Assembly (NCBI RefSeq): GCF_001194135.2
Contig: NC_068998.1
Coordinates: forward strand, 9,804,602-9,868,601
Direction of reading: 5' to 3'
Source of the DNA: Octopus bimaculoides
Taxonomy: Eukaryota
DNA: 64,000 bases
This document shows, piece by piece, positions 1 to 10,905 of this stretch. Positions within the stretch are counted from its first letter, which is position 1, and each line of letters opens with the position of its first letter. The notes under the pieces are model-generated. The model searched no databases. It saw nothing but the letters and a program-made list of their open reading frames with translations, and was not told the origin of the DNA. The position numbers and the translations under genes are program-made.

Positions 1-334
1 TTCCGTCGCATGCTGTTTTAGATTCTTTTCTGCCTGTTAAAATTCCGTCGCATGCTGTTTTAGAGAAAAAGTAGTACGGATAATACTGGTAAGTCGTTCA
101 GTTATTTCCCTTGAATATTTTTATTTCTTTCTTTTACCTTTCAAAATTGGAAGATTACCTATTCAATATATATATTATGTATATATTAACAGTTTAGATC
201 TTAATTATAAAAAAATATGAAACCATTATTCTGTGCTAATTTAGTTAATTTTGTCAAGCTTCCTTTTCAGTTTGTAAGATAAAGATTTAAATACAATAAA
301 ATGTTTTAGAAGAAGCTTAATGTGCCTACGTGAT

Positions 335-366
335 AACTGTAAACCTACTTTTGGACCACCCTTGTA
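335..366 (-). mobile_element. Solo Tc1/mariner-type terminal inverted repeat followed by TA
   Basis: The reverse complement reads TA-CAAGGGTGGTCCAAAAGTAGGTTTACAGTT, a typical Tc1/mariner end. No partner TIR is seen in the window. Confidence 0.6.
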
Positions 367-1012
367 TAAGTATAAAGCTTTATTTTTCTGTACGCTTGTA
401 TTTGTTACCAATCTACTGCGTATACAATTCTAACACACTCACACACACAAGACATTATTTCACTGAATTATCCTTTTGCCTGATCACCGTTTCTGTTTAG
501 TTTCCTTTAAAATCTGTGCCTTTTGTTATTAGGGATCTAACAAACATGCGAAATACAAATCTTATTATATTACTTTATTCTCCGAAGTACTTTTTTTTTT
601 TTTACAATTAAACCTTGCGAGAGTCATTATGCCGGTAATAAACACACGCACTGGTTCAGTCCTTTATTAACTTATAAACAGTATTTAGTTTTTTGTTAAA
701 ACATTTCATTGCACTCTTGCAATCTCTTCAGTAACTTGTCTCTCCACTTCCATTTATTTACTTTTCTTTTGTTGTTTTTTTTTATTTTTAATATAAGAGC
801 TAAATGCAGTATTAAGAAGATTAACGTCTTCAATAGATTCATTTAATCTCCAGTATAGTATACATCTATTAACGACCACAATTTTGACTGCAAGAGTATT
901 TCCCCTTGAGCAAACAATGTGGCCGGCAAATTTCTATCTTCAGATTAACTGTCTTTATGTGTGTGTATTGTACTTTGTCTTCTGATTATAACTCCTTCTT
1001 ATATCTATATAG

Positions 1013-1387
1013 TGGAGGCGCAATGGCCCAGTGGTTAGGGCAGCAGACTCGCGGTTTCGATTCCCACACCGGGAGTTGTGAGTGTTTATTGAGCGAAAAC
1101 ACCTAAAAAAGCCCCACGAGGCTCCGGCAGGGGATGGTGGTGAACCCTGCTTTACTCTTTCACCACAACTTTCTCTCACTCTTACTGCATGTTTCTGTTG
1201 TGCCTGTATTTCAAAGGGCCTGCCTTATCCCACTCTGTGTCACGCTGAATCTCCCTGAGAACTACGTTAAGGGTAGACGTGTCTGTGGAGTGCTCAGCCA
1301 CTTGCACGTTAATTTCACGAGCAGGCTGTTCCGTTGGCCGGATCAACTGGAACCCTCGACGTCGTAACCGACGGAGTGGCAACAACA
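1013..1387 (+). mobile_element. SINE family A, full-length copy (tRNA-like head, CAA tail)
   Basis: A-box TGGCCCAGTGG and B-box GTTTCGATTCCC; tail CAACAAC. A 12-bp TSD ATATCTATATAG lies at 1001-1012 and 1388-1399. Homologous to 18945-19307 and 34613-35001. Confidence 0.9.
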
Positions 1388-1635
1388 ATATCTATATAGC
1401 AATGTGTCTTTATCGAGATGTATGTATGTGTGTGTGTCCTTGTGTTTGTTCCTCCACTAGCTGACAACAGGTGTTGGTTTGTTTATGTCTACGGGATCTT
1501 GTTAAATTCTTTCTACCCACTCGAAATTTTTTTAAAATGTAATTTTTCATGCCGTTGACAAAAATCATTCTTTTTCTAGAATTTGTTAATTAAACAATTA
1601 CAAGTATTGGTAAATTTTCAGATTAACACCCGCAC

Positions 1636-1703
1636 AATTTTCACTAGGGTGTTACGGTTAGGGTTAGGGACGGAATTCCCACCCTAACACCCTAGTGAAA
1701 TTT
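1636..1703. repeat. Inverted repeat (16 bp perfect, about 19 bp with 1 mismatch) enclosing GGTTAGGGTTAGGG
   Basis: TTTCACTAGGGTGTTA at 1639-1654 pairs with TAACACCCTAGTGAAA at 1685-1700. Confidence 0.85.
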
Positions 1704-3109
1704 GAAAATTTGGCCAAATTAGGTAGTTTTAGCCAGTCGAAGCCTCGATTGCCGAATATACTAGAATATACTAGATTGTCTGTCCCCATTGGAACAGCAC
1801 ACAAAATCTTTACGTCTGGCCTGGCCAACTCGAATTACTTTGCGGGCCACTTAAATCACAGAAGGTTTTTTGAGCGCCGCTTGTATAACAGAATTGAATG
1901 TATTTTGCTTTCTCATGCTATTATTACAATAACGAATGAATGATCGTTCATTCAACATGAAATATTATCGTTGTAAAAACAGTGGCAGTGTATTGAACAG
2001 TTGACAAACGACAGCACTAATTTTATTTACTAAATTTGATAGTGAAAACAAGAACACAATTGATTTAAAAAATGTAAATGAGGTAGAAAATGGTAAATAA
2101 AGAAAATTATTTACTAAATAAACAGGTAGAAGAGTCATTCACTCTTGAATTATATACATTGCGCTAAAAGATACTGGTGCCCTCTAAAAAATTTTGAGAT
2201 AATCCAGAGCATATTACGGTGAGTTATTACAAGGACGAGGTGCCAGAACAGCCAAACACCCTCATAAGTGTTACCTGATATTCTAGGGTAACTGGATGCT
2301 AACAAAGTAAAAGAATTCCTTGTTGACTTTCCAGGTCCTCTCAGCAGACACAGATTGAAAAATGTAATTTATACATGGATTTTAATGTTTAACTAAATGC
2401 AGTAACCCTCACCTTCACCACAACATGGTATTAAGTGTGTGTGGCGGAACAAAAGAGTTGTTAGTAATTCTTTCAACCATAGACACAAGGCCTGACATTT
2501 TGTGGTGGGAAGGAGCTAGTTGATTATACTGACTACAGTACTCCACTGGTACTTGTTTTATAGGCTCCAAAAGAGAGAAAGGCAAAGTTGACTTTGGTGG
2601 AATTTGAATCAGAATGTAAAACTGAAGGAAATGCCACAAATTATTTTGTCTGCTGAGCTAACAATCCAACCAGCTTTCCACCTAAGATTTGCTAATGGTA
2701 GCATCTCAGCCCAAGAGCAAAGATTGAATCCATTGGTTATCTTCCCATTGTTCCTGAACACTCCCACTAGCTCCAAAATTGAAAGGATATTTACTCTGAT
2801 TAGGAATCAGTTACTGATTAGGTTTATTGCATGGTAACCAAAACAGTAAAAATTCAGTCAACACAACTATCTACCTACGCATGGTAGTAGTTGAATAATA
2901 TTCTTAAGGCCACAATTTACTCACATGCAGTATCTTTCAGAGCTTGTTGCTAATTCAGTTCTTAACCAAATTGAAAACTGTTTGTAGTTATGAAGAGGAC
3001 TGGTCCCTAACTACAGTTTGATCCAGTAGAAGAAAGTTTGCATCAAAATTTGTAGCAACATTATAAGAGAATTTAGATATAAATAATCAAGTTTAGATAT
3101 AAATACCTT

Positions 3110-3375
3110 TTTTTATTTTAAAATCAAAATATGTTTATCTTAGCTTCAATGATAGACGAAAGCATGAAGAATTTCATAGTTTTGATCCCATGCAACAAAA
3201 AATTGTATCAAAAAAGTTGTGAGGTAAAATATCATGCAAAAAAAAAATAAGCCAAAAAATTGGATTTAAGTATAATTAGCTTTTTTATTTTAAAAGCAAA
3301 CTATATTTTACAAGCTTAAACGATAGAACTCAATTCAAAGAATTTCATAGTATCAATCTCATGCAATGAAGTTTT
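3110..3375. repeat. Diverged local tandem duplication (about 170-bp period)
   Basis: TTTTTTATTTTAAAA...AAGAATTTCATAGT...CATGCAA occurs at about 3110-3200 and again at about 3281-3370. Confidence 0.6.
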
Positions 3376-3859
3376 AAAAGAAAAAAATGGTGTCTTTTCA
3401 GCCATTAGCATTAGTTGTGTGCCAAAAGGGAATCAGTTGGCGATTGACAAGTAACATCCCCAGACGTGTGTCTGAGTCTCTCACCATTTATGTTACACAT
3501 GCACCGTCAGCATGTTCTCTATTAGAACGATTAGCCCATCTCAAATGGATGATTATTTTTAAGGGCTACTTCCTCAAGTTCCCCTTTTTCATTTTACCTG
3601 AAGAAAACCCTATTGCTAATTACTAGGAGAACGATATGGCATGTTTGGAAACACATCTGTTATTACATTTCTTGTAACCCTTTTAAAATCCCACTAGGAT
3701 GTTTGAATCGTGTTCTGTGCCGGAATAGTTTGAGAAAGACAGTTCTGCTATTTCTTGCTCAACAACCTGCACAGATGATTTCTTTATAGTGATCAAATGT
3801 TTTTGTTGTAAATTAGCCCATTCCCTCTGTCAAATTGACATTACCTGTACAGGTGTACA

Positions 3860-3998
3860 GTGAGCCACATGTCAGATGTTGAAGTGATTACAAAGTGATG
3901 TGAACACAAGAACATAATGCACTACCTTGTCCAGGGATTGAAACCATGATCTTGCAATTGTGAATGCAATACCTAACCACTAGGCCAGGCACCCTCAC
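3860..3998 (-). mobile_element. SINE family F, 5' part (tRNA-like head)
   Basis: The reverse complement reads GGGTGCCTGGCCTAGTGGTTAGG...GGTTTCAATCCC...GTGCATTATGTTCTTG, similar to 49885-50020. Confidence 0.65.
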
Positions 3999-4043
3999 AA
4001 AGAAGAATAGATACCATTTTTCTATAAGAATAGAATAAGGATA

Positions 4044-4300
4044 TTGCAAAATTTAAATAAGGATAATGAACTTTGTAATGGAACAAGAATTCCGGTAACC
4101 TATTTGCATGAACATATGATTAAAGGTAAAATTGTTGGAGAAGGTGAACAGCATGATGTAAATGGTATTGTGCCAAGAATTAAGCTGAATGAGATCTTCC
4201 AACATCACCCTCTGCCATTCCTAAGACTACTCTCATTTGGTCAGTTACTACAAATCACATGGAAAAGTCTGCCTGCCAGAGATTTATTGTAAACCATTTT
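4044..4300 (+). pseudogene. Helitron Pif1-like helicase C-terminal fragment (degenerate)
   Basis: QNLNKDNELCNGTRI...IVPRIKL...LPF matches the Helitron/Pif1 motifs NLxxxxGLCNGTRL and IPRI. An out-of-frame HMEKSACQ resembles TINKSQGQ. Confidence 0.75.
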
Positions 4301-4359
4301 CCCAGAGCACTTAGTTTGGCATGATGTATAGACAAATATATAAATAAATAAATGAAAGA

Positions 4360-4525
4360 GAGTAGGGAGAGAGAGTGGAGACACACACAGAGAGACTTAG
4401 AGGGAGGCACACAAAGACAGAGAGGGAGGGAAAGAAAGAGGGAGGCATACACAAACAGAGAAAGAGATAGAGAGAGACAAAAGCAGAAAAGAGAGAGAAA
4501 GCGAATGAGGAATAGAAAGAGAGCA

Positions 4526-4564
<39 letters not shown>

Positions 4565-4770
4565 GACAAAGAAGGAGACACACAAAGATGGAGAGAAAGA
4601 GAGTAAGAGAGAGACAGACAGAGAAAGAGACGGAAGCAAAGAGAGAGAGAGCGAATGAGAACAAGATAGAGAGAGAGACACACAGAGGTACAAAGAGAGA
4701 GATACATAGTGTGAGAGAGAGAGAAAGATACATACTCATATGCATAGAGAGAGAGAGAGAGAGAGAGCAA
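4360..4770. repeat. (GA)n-rich low-complexity tract
   Basis: GAGA/GACA-rich sequence. It accounts for the LSLSLS and RERERE ORFs. Confidence 0.95.
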
Positions 4771-5292
4771 ACATGGATTATCTATTGGAAAAAGTCTTTG
4801 TCACTTTGCTATTACAGCTTCCAGGACAAGATGGCTTTTGTAATAATAGCCTATAAATCTTAATGCCAGTCATTTCGGTAAAATAGGTCTCTTCTACTCA
4901 ACTGATTTATTTGTATATAGGCAATACCGCACAGTTCCGTCACAAACCACACAGAGTACCAGAAATGCCGTGACGGTATGTGTGTGTGTGTGTGTTTTTA
5001 AAAAAAGAAGCCATTAGCATTGTGTAGTTAAACAGTGTTAAAACTTTCTTCGTAACCCATATTGAAGTTTTCTATTTAATCTTGATATCATCTGGGTACT
5101 TAATTCAAGATAAATTTATATGGAACTCAGATAAAACTGCATCTAATGATGTAATGTAATTGGCATATACAATAAAACGCTCAGGCTGGTTCACCACTAA
5201 AACTTCAACTTCAGCCGTGACTAGAGCAAAATTAGTTTTGTGGATGGCTAACAATGAATGGCTATAAGTAGTTCATCAATGAGTAGGTAGAT

Positions 5293-5575
5293 ATCATCAT
5301 CATCATCAGTTGGAGCAGCATCAGCATTGTTTAATGCCTGTTTTCCATGTTGGCATGGGTTGGACGGTTTGACATAAGCTGGCCAGACAGGGAGCTTTCC
5401 AGCCAGGGAGCTGTCCGGACTCCAATTGTCTGTTGTGGTATGGTTTCTACAGCCGACTGCTCTTCCTAATGCCAACCACTTTACAGAGTGTATTGGGTGC
5501 TTTTCTAAATCTGCCACGGGCACGAGTGCGTTTATGCAACACTGGCACTAGCGTGCATTTTATGTGGCATCAGCA
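5293..5575 (-). mobile_element. Family D: retroelement 3' tail ending in (GAT)n, possibly RTE-clade
   Basis: The reverse complement contains GTGGTTGGCATTAGGAAGAG...GCTGTAGAAAC...CCAACCCATGCCAACATGGAAAACAGGCATTAAAC, homologous to 6561-6832. The RTE assignment is an inference from the remembered AGGAAGGGCATCC-type 3' motif. Confidence 0.7.
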
Positions 5576-5693
5576 ACTGTAAAGGACAAGCCTGTATGTA
5601 TGGATGACTGCGATTTTACTTAGCTGAATGTGTCTTCTCAAGTACAACAAACCTCCACAACTCCCAGTTCCTTGTCATTATATTAGAAATGAA

Positions 5694-5910
5694 AGGCAAC
5701 GAGCTGCTAGAATCGTTAGCATACCAGGTGAAATGCTCAGCGGTATTTCGTCTACTGCTATGTTCTGAGTTCAAATTCCGCCGAGGTCAACTTTGCATTT
5801 CATCCTTTCAGGGCCGATAAATTAAGTTCCAGTTGAGTACTGGGGTCGATGTAATCGACTATTCTCCTCCCCCAAATTTCAGGCCTTGTGCTTATAGTGG
5901 AAAGGGTTAT
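5694..5910 (+). mobile_element. SINE family C (C2 tail)
   Basis: Head GAGCTGCTAGAATCGTTAGC, B-box GAGTTCAAATTCC, central CTTTGCATTTCATCCTTTCAGGGCCGATAAATTAAG, tail AAATTTCAGGCCTTGTGC. The central part resembles the Meta/MESC SINE domain as I remember it (unverified). Confidence 0.85.
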
Positions 5911-6094
5911 ACTAGAAAGAAAGAATGAACAAGCAAAGCATGTGGGATCACTTCAGAGCAGCGCTTCTTAAACTCTTTTCATTCATGACCCCATTTTTGA
6001 TCATGAGATATTTCATGTCCCCCAAGTATTAAATATGAAATAAAATATAGAAATAAATACATAAAACATTAATTTTTTTTTGCTGAACAATATA

Positions 6095-6520
6095 AGAATG
6101 GCTGTGTGGTAAGTAGCTTGCTTACGAACCACATGGTTTCGGGTTCAGTCCCACTGCGTGGCACCTTGGGCAAGTGTCTTCTACTATAGCCTCAGGCCAA
6201 CCAAAGCCTTATGAGTGGATTTGGTAGACGGAAACTGAAAGGAGCCTGTCGTATATATAAATATATATTTATATATATATATATGTGTGTGTGTATGTGT
6301 ATATGTTTGTGTGTCTGTGTTTGTCCCCCAACTTTGCTTGACAACCGATGCTGGTGTGTTTACGTCCCCGTAACTTAGCAGTTCGGCAAAAAGAGACTGA
6401 TAGAATAAGTACTAGGCTTACAAAGAATAAGTCCTGGGGTCGATTTTCTCAACTAAAGGCGGTGCTCTAGCATGGCCACAGTCAAATGACTGAAACAAGT
6501 AAAAGAGTAAAAAAAAGAGT
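6095..6520 (+). mobile_element. SINE family B, full-length (internal TA/TG microsatellite)
   Basis: TGGCTGTGTGGTAAGTAGC...GGGTTCAGTCCC...CCTTGGGCAAGTGTCTTC...GGTGCTCTAGCATGGCCACAGTCAAATGACTGAAACAAGTAAAAGAG. More than 15 homologous pieces occur in the window. Confidence 0.9.
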
Positions 6521-6560
6521 ATAATAGCAACGTGTATTATATGTGTGTGTGTGTGTGTAT

Positions 6561-6832
6561 GCTGCCTGACTGGCTCCCGTGCTGGTAGCATGTAAAAAGC
6601 ACCATTCGAGCGTGGTCGATGCCAGTACTGCCTGATTGGCCCTTGTGTTGGTGGCACATAAAAAGCACCCACTATACTCTTGGAGTGGTTGACGTTAGGA
6701 AGGGAATTCAGCTGTAGAAACCTTGCCAGATCAGATTGGAGCCTGGTGCAGCCTCTTGGCTTGCCAGTCCTCAGTCAAACTGTCCAACCCATGCCAGCAT
6801 GGAAAGCAGACGTTAAACAATGATGATGATGA
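6561..6832 (+). mobile_element. Family D retroelement 3' tail with (GAT)n end
   Basis: GGAGTGGTTGACGTTAGGAAGGGAATTCAGCTGTAGAAAC...CCATGCCAGCATGGAAAGCAGACGTTAAACAATGATGATGATG. Confidence 0.75.
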
Positions 6833-7149
6833 GGTATAATCCATAAAGTATGCACTCTATATAGTTACCAGTAAATCAAAATATTTAGTACAGCAACATT
6901 AATTCTTTATCATGTATTTATCAATAATCATCTTTATATTTATGAATATGCATTAATTATAGAACAATTAAACAAATCACAAAAATTGCATAAGACAATT
7001 ATATGAAAACATACCTATTTAATGTCAGGATGTCTCCTGATTCGGTAAATATTCTAATTTGTTGTTAATTATTTATTAAGCACTTAGTGCTATTAGGCTT
7101 CTGATTAGATTAGTCAAACTATATTCTTGTCCAACACAATATTGGTGTA

Positions 7150-7744
7150 AGTGTGGCTGTGTGGTAAGAAGCTTGTAAGCTGGCAGAAACGTTAGCACGC
7201 CGGGCGAAATGCTTAGCGGTATTTCGTCTGCCGCTACGTTTTGAGTTCAAATTCTGCCAAAGTCGACTTTGCCTTTCATCTTTCGGGGTCGATAAATTAA
7301 GTACCAGTTACGCACTGGGGTCGATGTAATCAACTTAATCCCTTGGTCTGTCCTTGTTTGTCCCCTCTATGTTTAGCCCCTTGTGGGCAATAAAGAAATA
7401 AGAAGCTTGCTTCTCAACCACATGGTCTAAGGTTCAGTTCCAATGAACCTTGGGCAAATATGCCTTCTACTATAGCCTCAGGCTGACCAAAGCCTTGTGA
7501 GTGGATTTGGCAGATGGAAATGGAAAGAAGCCCGTCATATATATAAATGTGTGTGTGTGTGTGTGAGTGTGTTGTAGTGTTTATGTCTCCACTACTTTGC
7601 AGTTCGGCAACAGAACCCATATAGAATAAATACTAGGATTAAAGGAGAAGTCCTAGGGTTGATTTGTTTGACTAAAAAAAACAATCCTAAATGCAGTGCT
7701 CCAGCATGGGCTGCAGTCAAATGACTGAAACAAATAAAAGAATA
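7150..7744 (+). mobile_element. SINE B interrupted by a SINE C insertion
   Basis: The B head at 7150-7175 resumes at 7399 after the insert. Confidence 0.85.
7176..7398 (+). mobile_element. SINE family C (C1 tail) nested in SINE B
   Basis: Flanked by the 11-bp direct repeat TAAGAAGCTTG at 7165-7175 and 7399-7409. Nearly identical to 51789-52027. Confidence 0.9.
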
Positions 7745-8374
7745 CAGGCTGTTGGGGTTAAATTTGAGTTTGCATCAACCCTTTTGCTACCAACCAGCCT
7801 GAAAATGCCGTTGGTTCAGTGAAACACACTTCTTGTTTTGATGCATTCTAAATCAAAACCTTGTATCAAAATTCCATGTTGATTTATGTTCCAGGCACCA
7901 ACTTAATAAAGTCAAAGACATACTAAATTCTTTATTATTTTGGTAATAACAACCAACTGTCTTAAATACTGGAAGATACATAAGGCAATGTAGTTTCTGA
8001 TACACACAAAAGACATGTTGTTTAAAAAATGGAATTCTTTTGATCATAGTCTCTGCTCTGTCAGGGTCTGCCTGGGGCTTAACAGCAATTCTTTATTTTA
8101 ATAAAGCTTACACTTATTTGTTCCGCTAACAAATTAATTTTCACTCTCTTGGCGAATGAAAATATATTCCGGAGATGTACTTGCATAGCAAGTGACCTGA
8201 TTTGAGATCGTGTGCTGGAACGAAAACAATTGCAAAAACCGTTAGATTCACTTCAACATTTAAATTTAATTTGTCAAAATATTTTCGTCGCTTTGAGACC
8301 GCAACTTGTTCACTGACAAAATTCCGTGCTGCATCTCTATATTCTATATTTAAAAAAAATATATATTTGGGTCC

Positions 8375-9050
8375 TGGCATAGCCGTGTTGTTAAAACATT
8401 TGCTTCCTAATCACATGGTTCTGGTTTCAATCTCACTGCGTGGCACCATGGTCGGGTGTTTCCTACAACAGCTTCAGTCTGACCATAGCCTTGTGTGTGA
8501 GTTTTGTTGGGGGAAACTGAAAGAAGCCCTTCATGTGCATGTATGTATGTATGTATGTGTGTGTGCGCTGACCAAAGCATTGTGAGTGGATTTGGTAGAT
8601 GGAAACTGAAAGAAACCCATCATATATGTATGTATATAGGTATATCATTATTCAGTTTATTTCAAGATTTGCCATCAGAGAAAGAGCCAGATTCTAACCT
8701 AGATCCAAAGCTCCTTCACTGGAATTTTAACATCAACGGGGTATGTATGTATGTATGTCATTCAGTTTATTTCAAGATTTTTGTAGTTCGTCTTATAAAA
8801 TTTACATGAGAACACATACTTTGCTTTTATGCGTCTTCTATTCCCTTTCATCCTATAGATGTACAGACACACAGACGTTGAGCTTTGTAATATAGAAGAT
8901 GTATCACTTGACAACCAGTGTTGGTTCGTTCATTTATGTCGCTGTGACATAGTGGTTCGGCAAAAAGGATTGATAGAATAAATACCAGGCTTTAAGAAAA
9001 TGCAATGTTCATTACATCAAGTATGGCAGTGCTGAGTTACTGTTAAGATA
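8375..9050 (+). mobile_element. Fragmented SINE B with inserted RLE-element 3' ends
   Basis: B 5' part at 8375-8530, a repeated B middle at 8566-8635, and B 3' part at about 8905-9050. Confidence 0.65.
8645..8780 (-). mobile_element. Two tandem 3'-UTR fragments of the RLE retrotransposon family seen at 23958-24458
   Basis: The reverse complement GTTGATGTTAAAATTCCAGTGAAGGAGCTTTGGATCTAGGTTAGAATCTGGCTCTTTCTCT aligns with 24363-24422. A second short end at 8758-8780 is separated by (GTAT)4. Confidence 0.8.
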
Positions 9051-9084
9051 TAACATAGCCTTGTCTACTCTCTCTGTTCCTTCT

Positions 9085-9990
9085 TTTCATACCACCACCA
9101 CCACCGCCACCAACACTACTGCACCACNNNNNNNNNNNNNNNNNNNNNNNNNNNNNNNNNNNNNNNNNNNNNNNNNNNNNNNNNNNNNNNNNNNNNNNNN
9201 NNNNNNNNNNNNNNNNNNNNNNNNNNNNNNNNNNNNNNNNNNNNNNNNNNNNNNNNNNNNNNNNNNNNNNNNNNNNNNNNNNNNNNNNNNNNNNNNNNNN
9301 NNNNNNNNNNNNNNNNNNNNNNNNNNNATCCTTCCCATTATGATACTCTACCATTATTACCATTCCAGCATCAAGAATTTAACAATCTTACACCATCTTC
9401 GCCACTTACATTACTTAACGATAATTACCACGGCAGCCGTCTCGACACCACCACCACCACCGCAGTCTTCACCACCATCACTTACTCTAACAATCACCCA
9501 CACCACTTTTTCCATTTCCAGCATCACAATTTAACACCACTACCACCACCACCAGCGACAACAACGTATAAATTCCAAATGTGTCGCTACCACCACCACC
9601 ACCATCACACCATTTTCGTGTTTGCTGTCGCCACCTCTATTACTGCTAGCACCACCACCGCTATCATACCAGTTCCATATTCATACCCCTCCCCTCCAAC
9701 TTCCATCGTACCACTCCTACCACCACCATCACCAGTACCGTCCACATCCGCCGTCGCCACTACCATTATGTTGCTACTACTCCGGCATCCTCTACTATCG
9801 CCAAACCATTCCCTCCGCCGCTACCTCCACCATAGCACCAGCACACAACCGACATCGGCATACCATTACCATCACTACAGCCGCCGCCACCATTATCAGC
9901 ACCTCCTCCACCACCATCTACATCGCTGCCAGCACCGTCGCCGCCGCTACCACTAGCACCACCACCACCACTGTTGCGGTGCCTGTGCTT
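9085..9990. repeat. CAC/CAT/TAC trinucleotide low-complexity block (includes a gap)
   Basis: Degenerate ACC/CAT/ACT repeats that give poly-H/T/P ORFs in several frames. Confidence 0.9.
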
Positions 9991-10422
9991 CACGTTTTCT
10001 TAACATTTTCCAGTTCTTCACTGAGATTCTATGGCTGTGAAATCGAAACAACCACGTGACACAAGTCTGCCTATATGTCATTAACTGTGTAACTATTTGC
10101 CATGATGGCGGTGGTGACGTGGCTGGTTCTTTCTGCAGAAATGGTAGCGGTAGCGGCGGTGGTGGTGGTGGTGGTGACGTGGATAGATGCGTTTATTCCT
10201 CCTCCTCCACTCCCACCCCCGATAGAGCAGAACTATATGATCAAATCAGAGGCGTTCTAGTCGTTGACCATCACCGATTTCTTCCCCTTGTTTTTGGGAA
10301 CTCCAATATCCCTGTCAGCTTTTCCTTCCCGGAAGGATCCACGAAAGGCACGGGTACCATTTTTTTCTCCTGATTAAATCATTAATAATAATAATGATAA
10401 TAATAATAATAATATTAACAAC

Positions 10423-10905
10423 AATCCTCTCTAATATAGGCACAAGGCCTGGAATTTGTGAGGAGGGGATAGGCGATCACATCGACCCCAGTAATTGATT
10501 AGTACTTAATTATTTATCGACCCCGAAAGGGATGTAAGGCAAAGTCGACCTCGGAGGTATCTGAACTCAGAACGTAAGGCCGGACGAAATGCTGCTAAGC
10601 ATTTTGTCCGGTGTCGTAAATTAACAATAATAATAATAATCCTTTCTACTTATAGGCACTAGACCTGAAATTCTCAGGGAGTGGGGATCCTGTCAATTGC
10701 ATCGACCCTAGTATTCGACTGGTACTTGTTTTATCGACCTCGAAAGGATGAAAGGCGAAGTCGACCTCAGCGGAATTTGAACTCAGAACGTGAAGTGTCG
10801 CGAAGCATATTGCCTGGTGTGTTAACGGTTTAATAATCCTCTCTACCATAAGCACAAGGCCTGACATTTTTGGGGAGGTGGATAAGTTGATTCCATCAAG
10901 CTCAA
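10423..10905 (-). mobile_element. Head-to-tail array of about 2.5 SINE C2 copies separated by (AAT)n
   Basis: Three AATCCT..TC..ATA(G/A)GCAC.AG.CCTG starts, at about 10423, 10637 and 10835, each preceded by AAT repeats. Confidence 0.85.

Noticed and set aside
1013-1075. tRNA-like heads (also at 6095, 21283, 34613, 49885, 51789) as tRNA genes
   Set aside because: A and B boxes are present but there is no intact cloverleaf, and each head continues into a multi-copy SINE body.
2160-2226. Possible exon ending at ACG|GTGAGT
   Set aside because: The donor is good, but there is no clear acceptor or recognisable peptide. This cannot be separated from chance.
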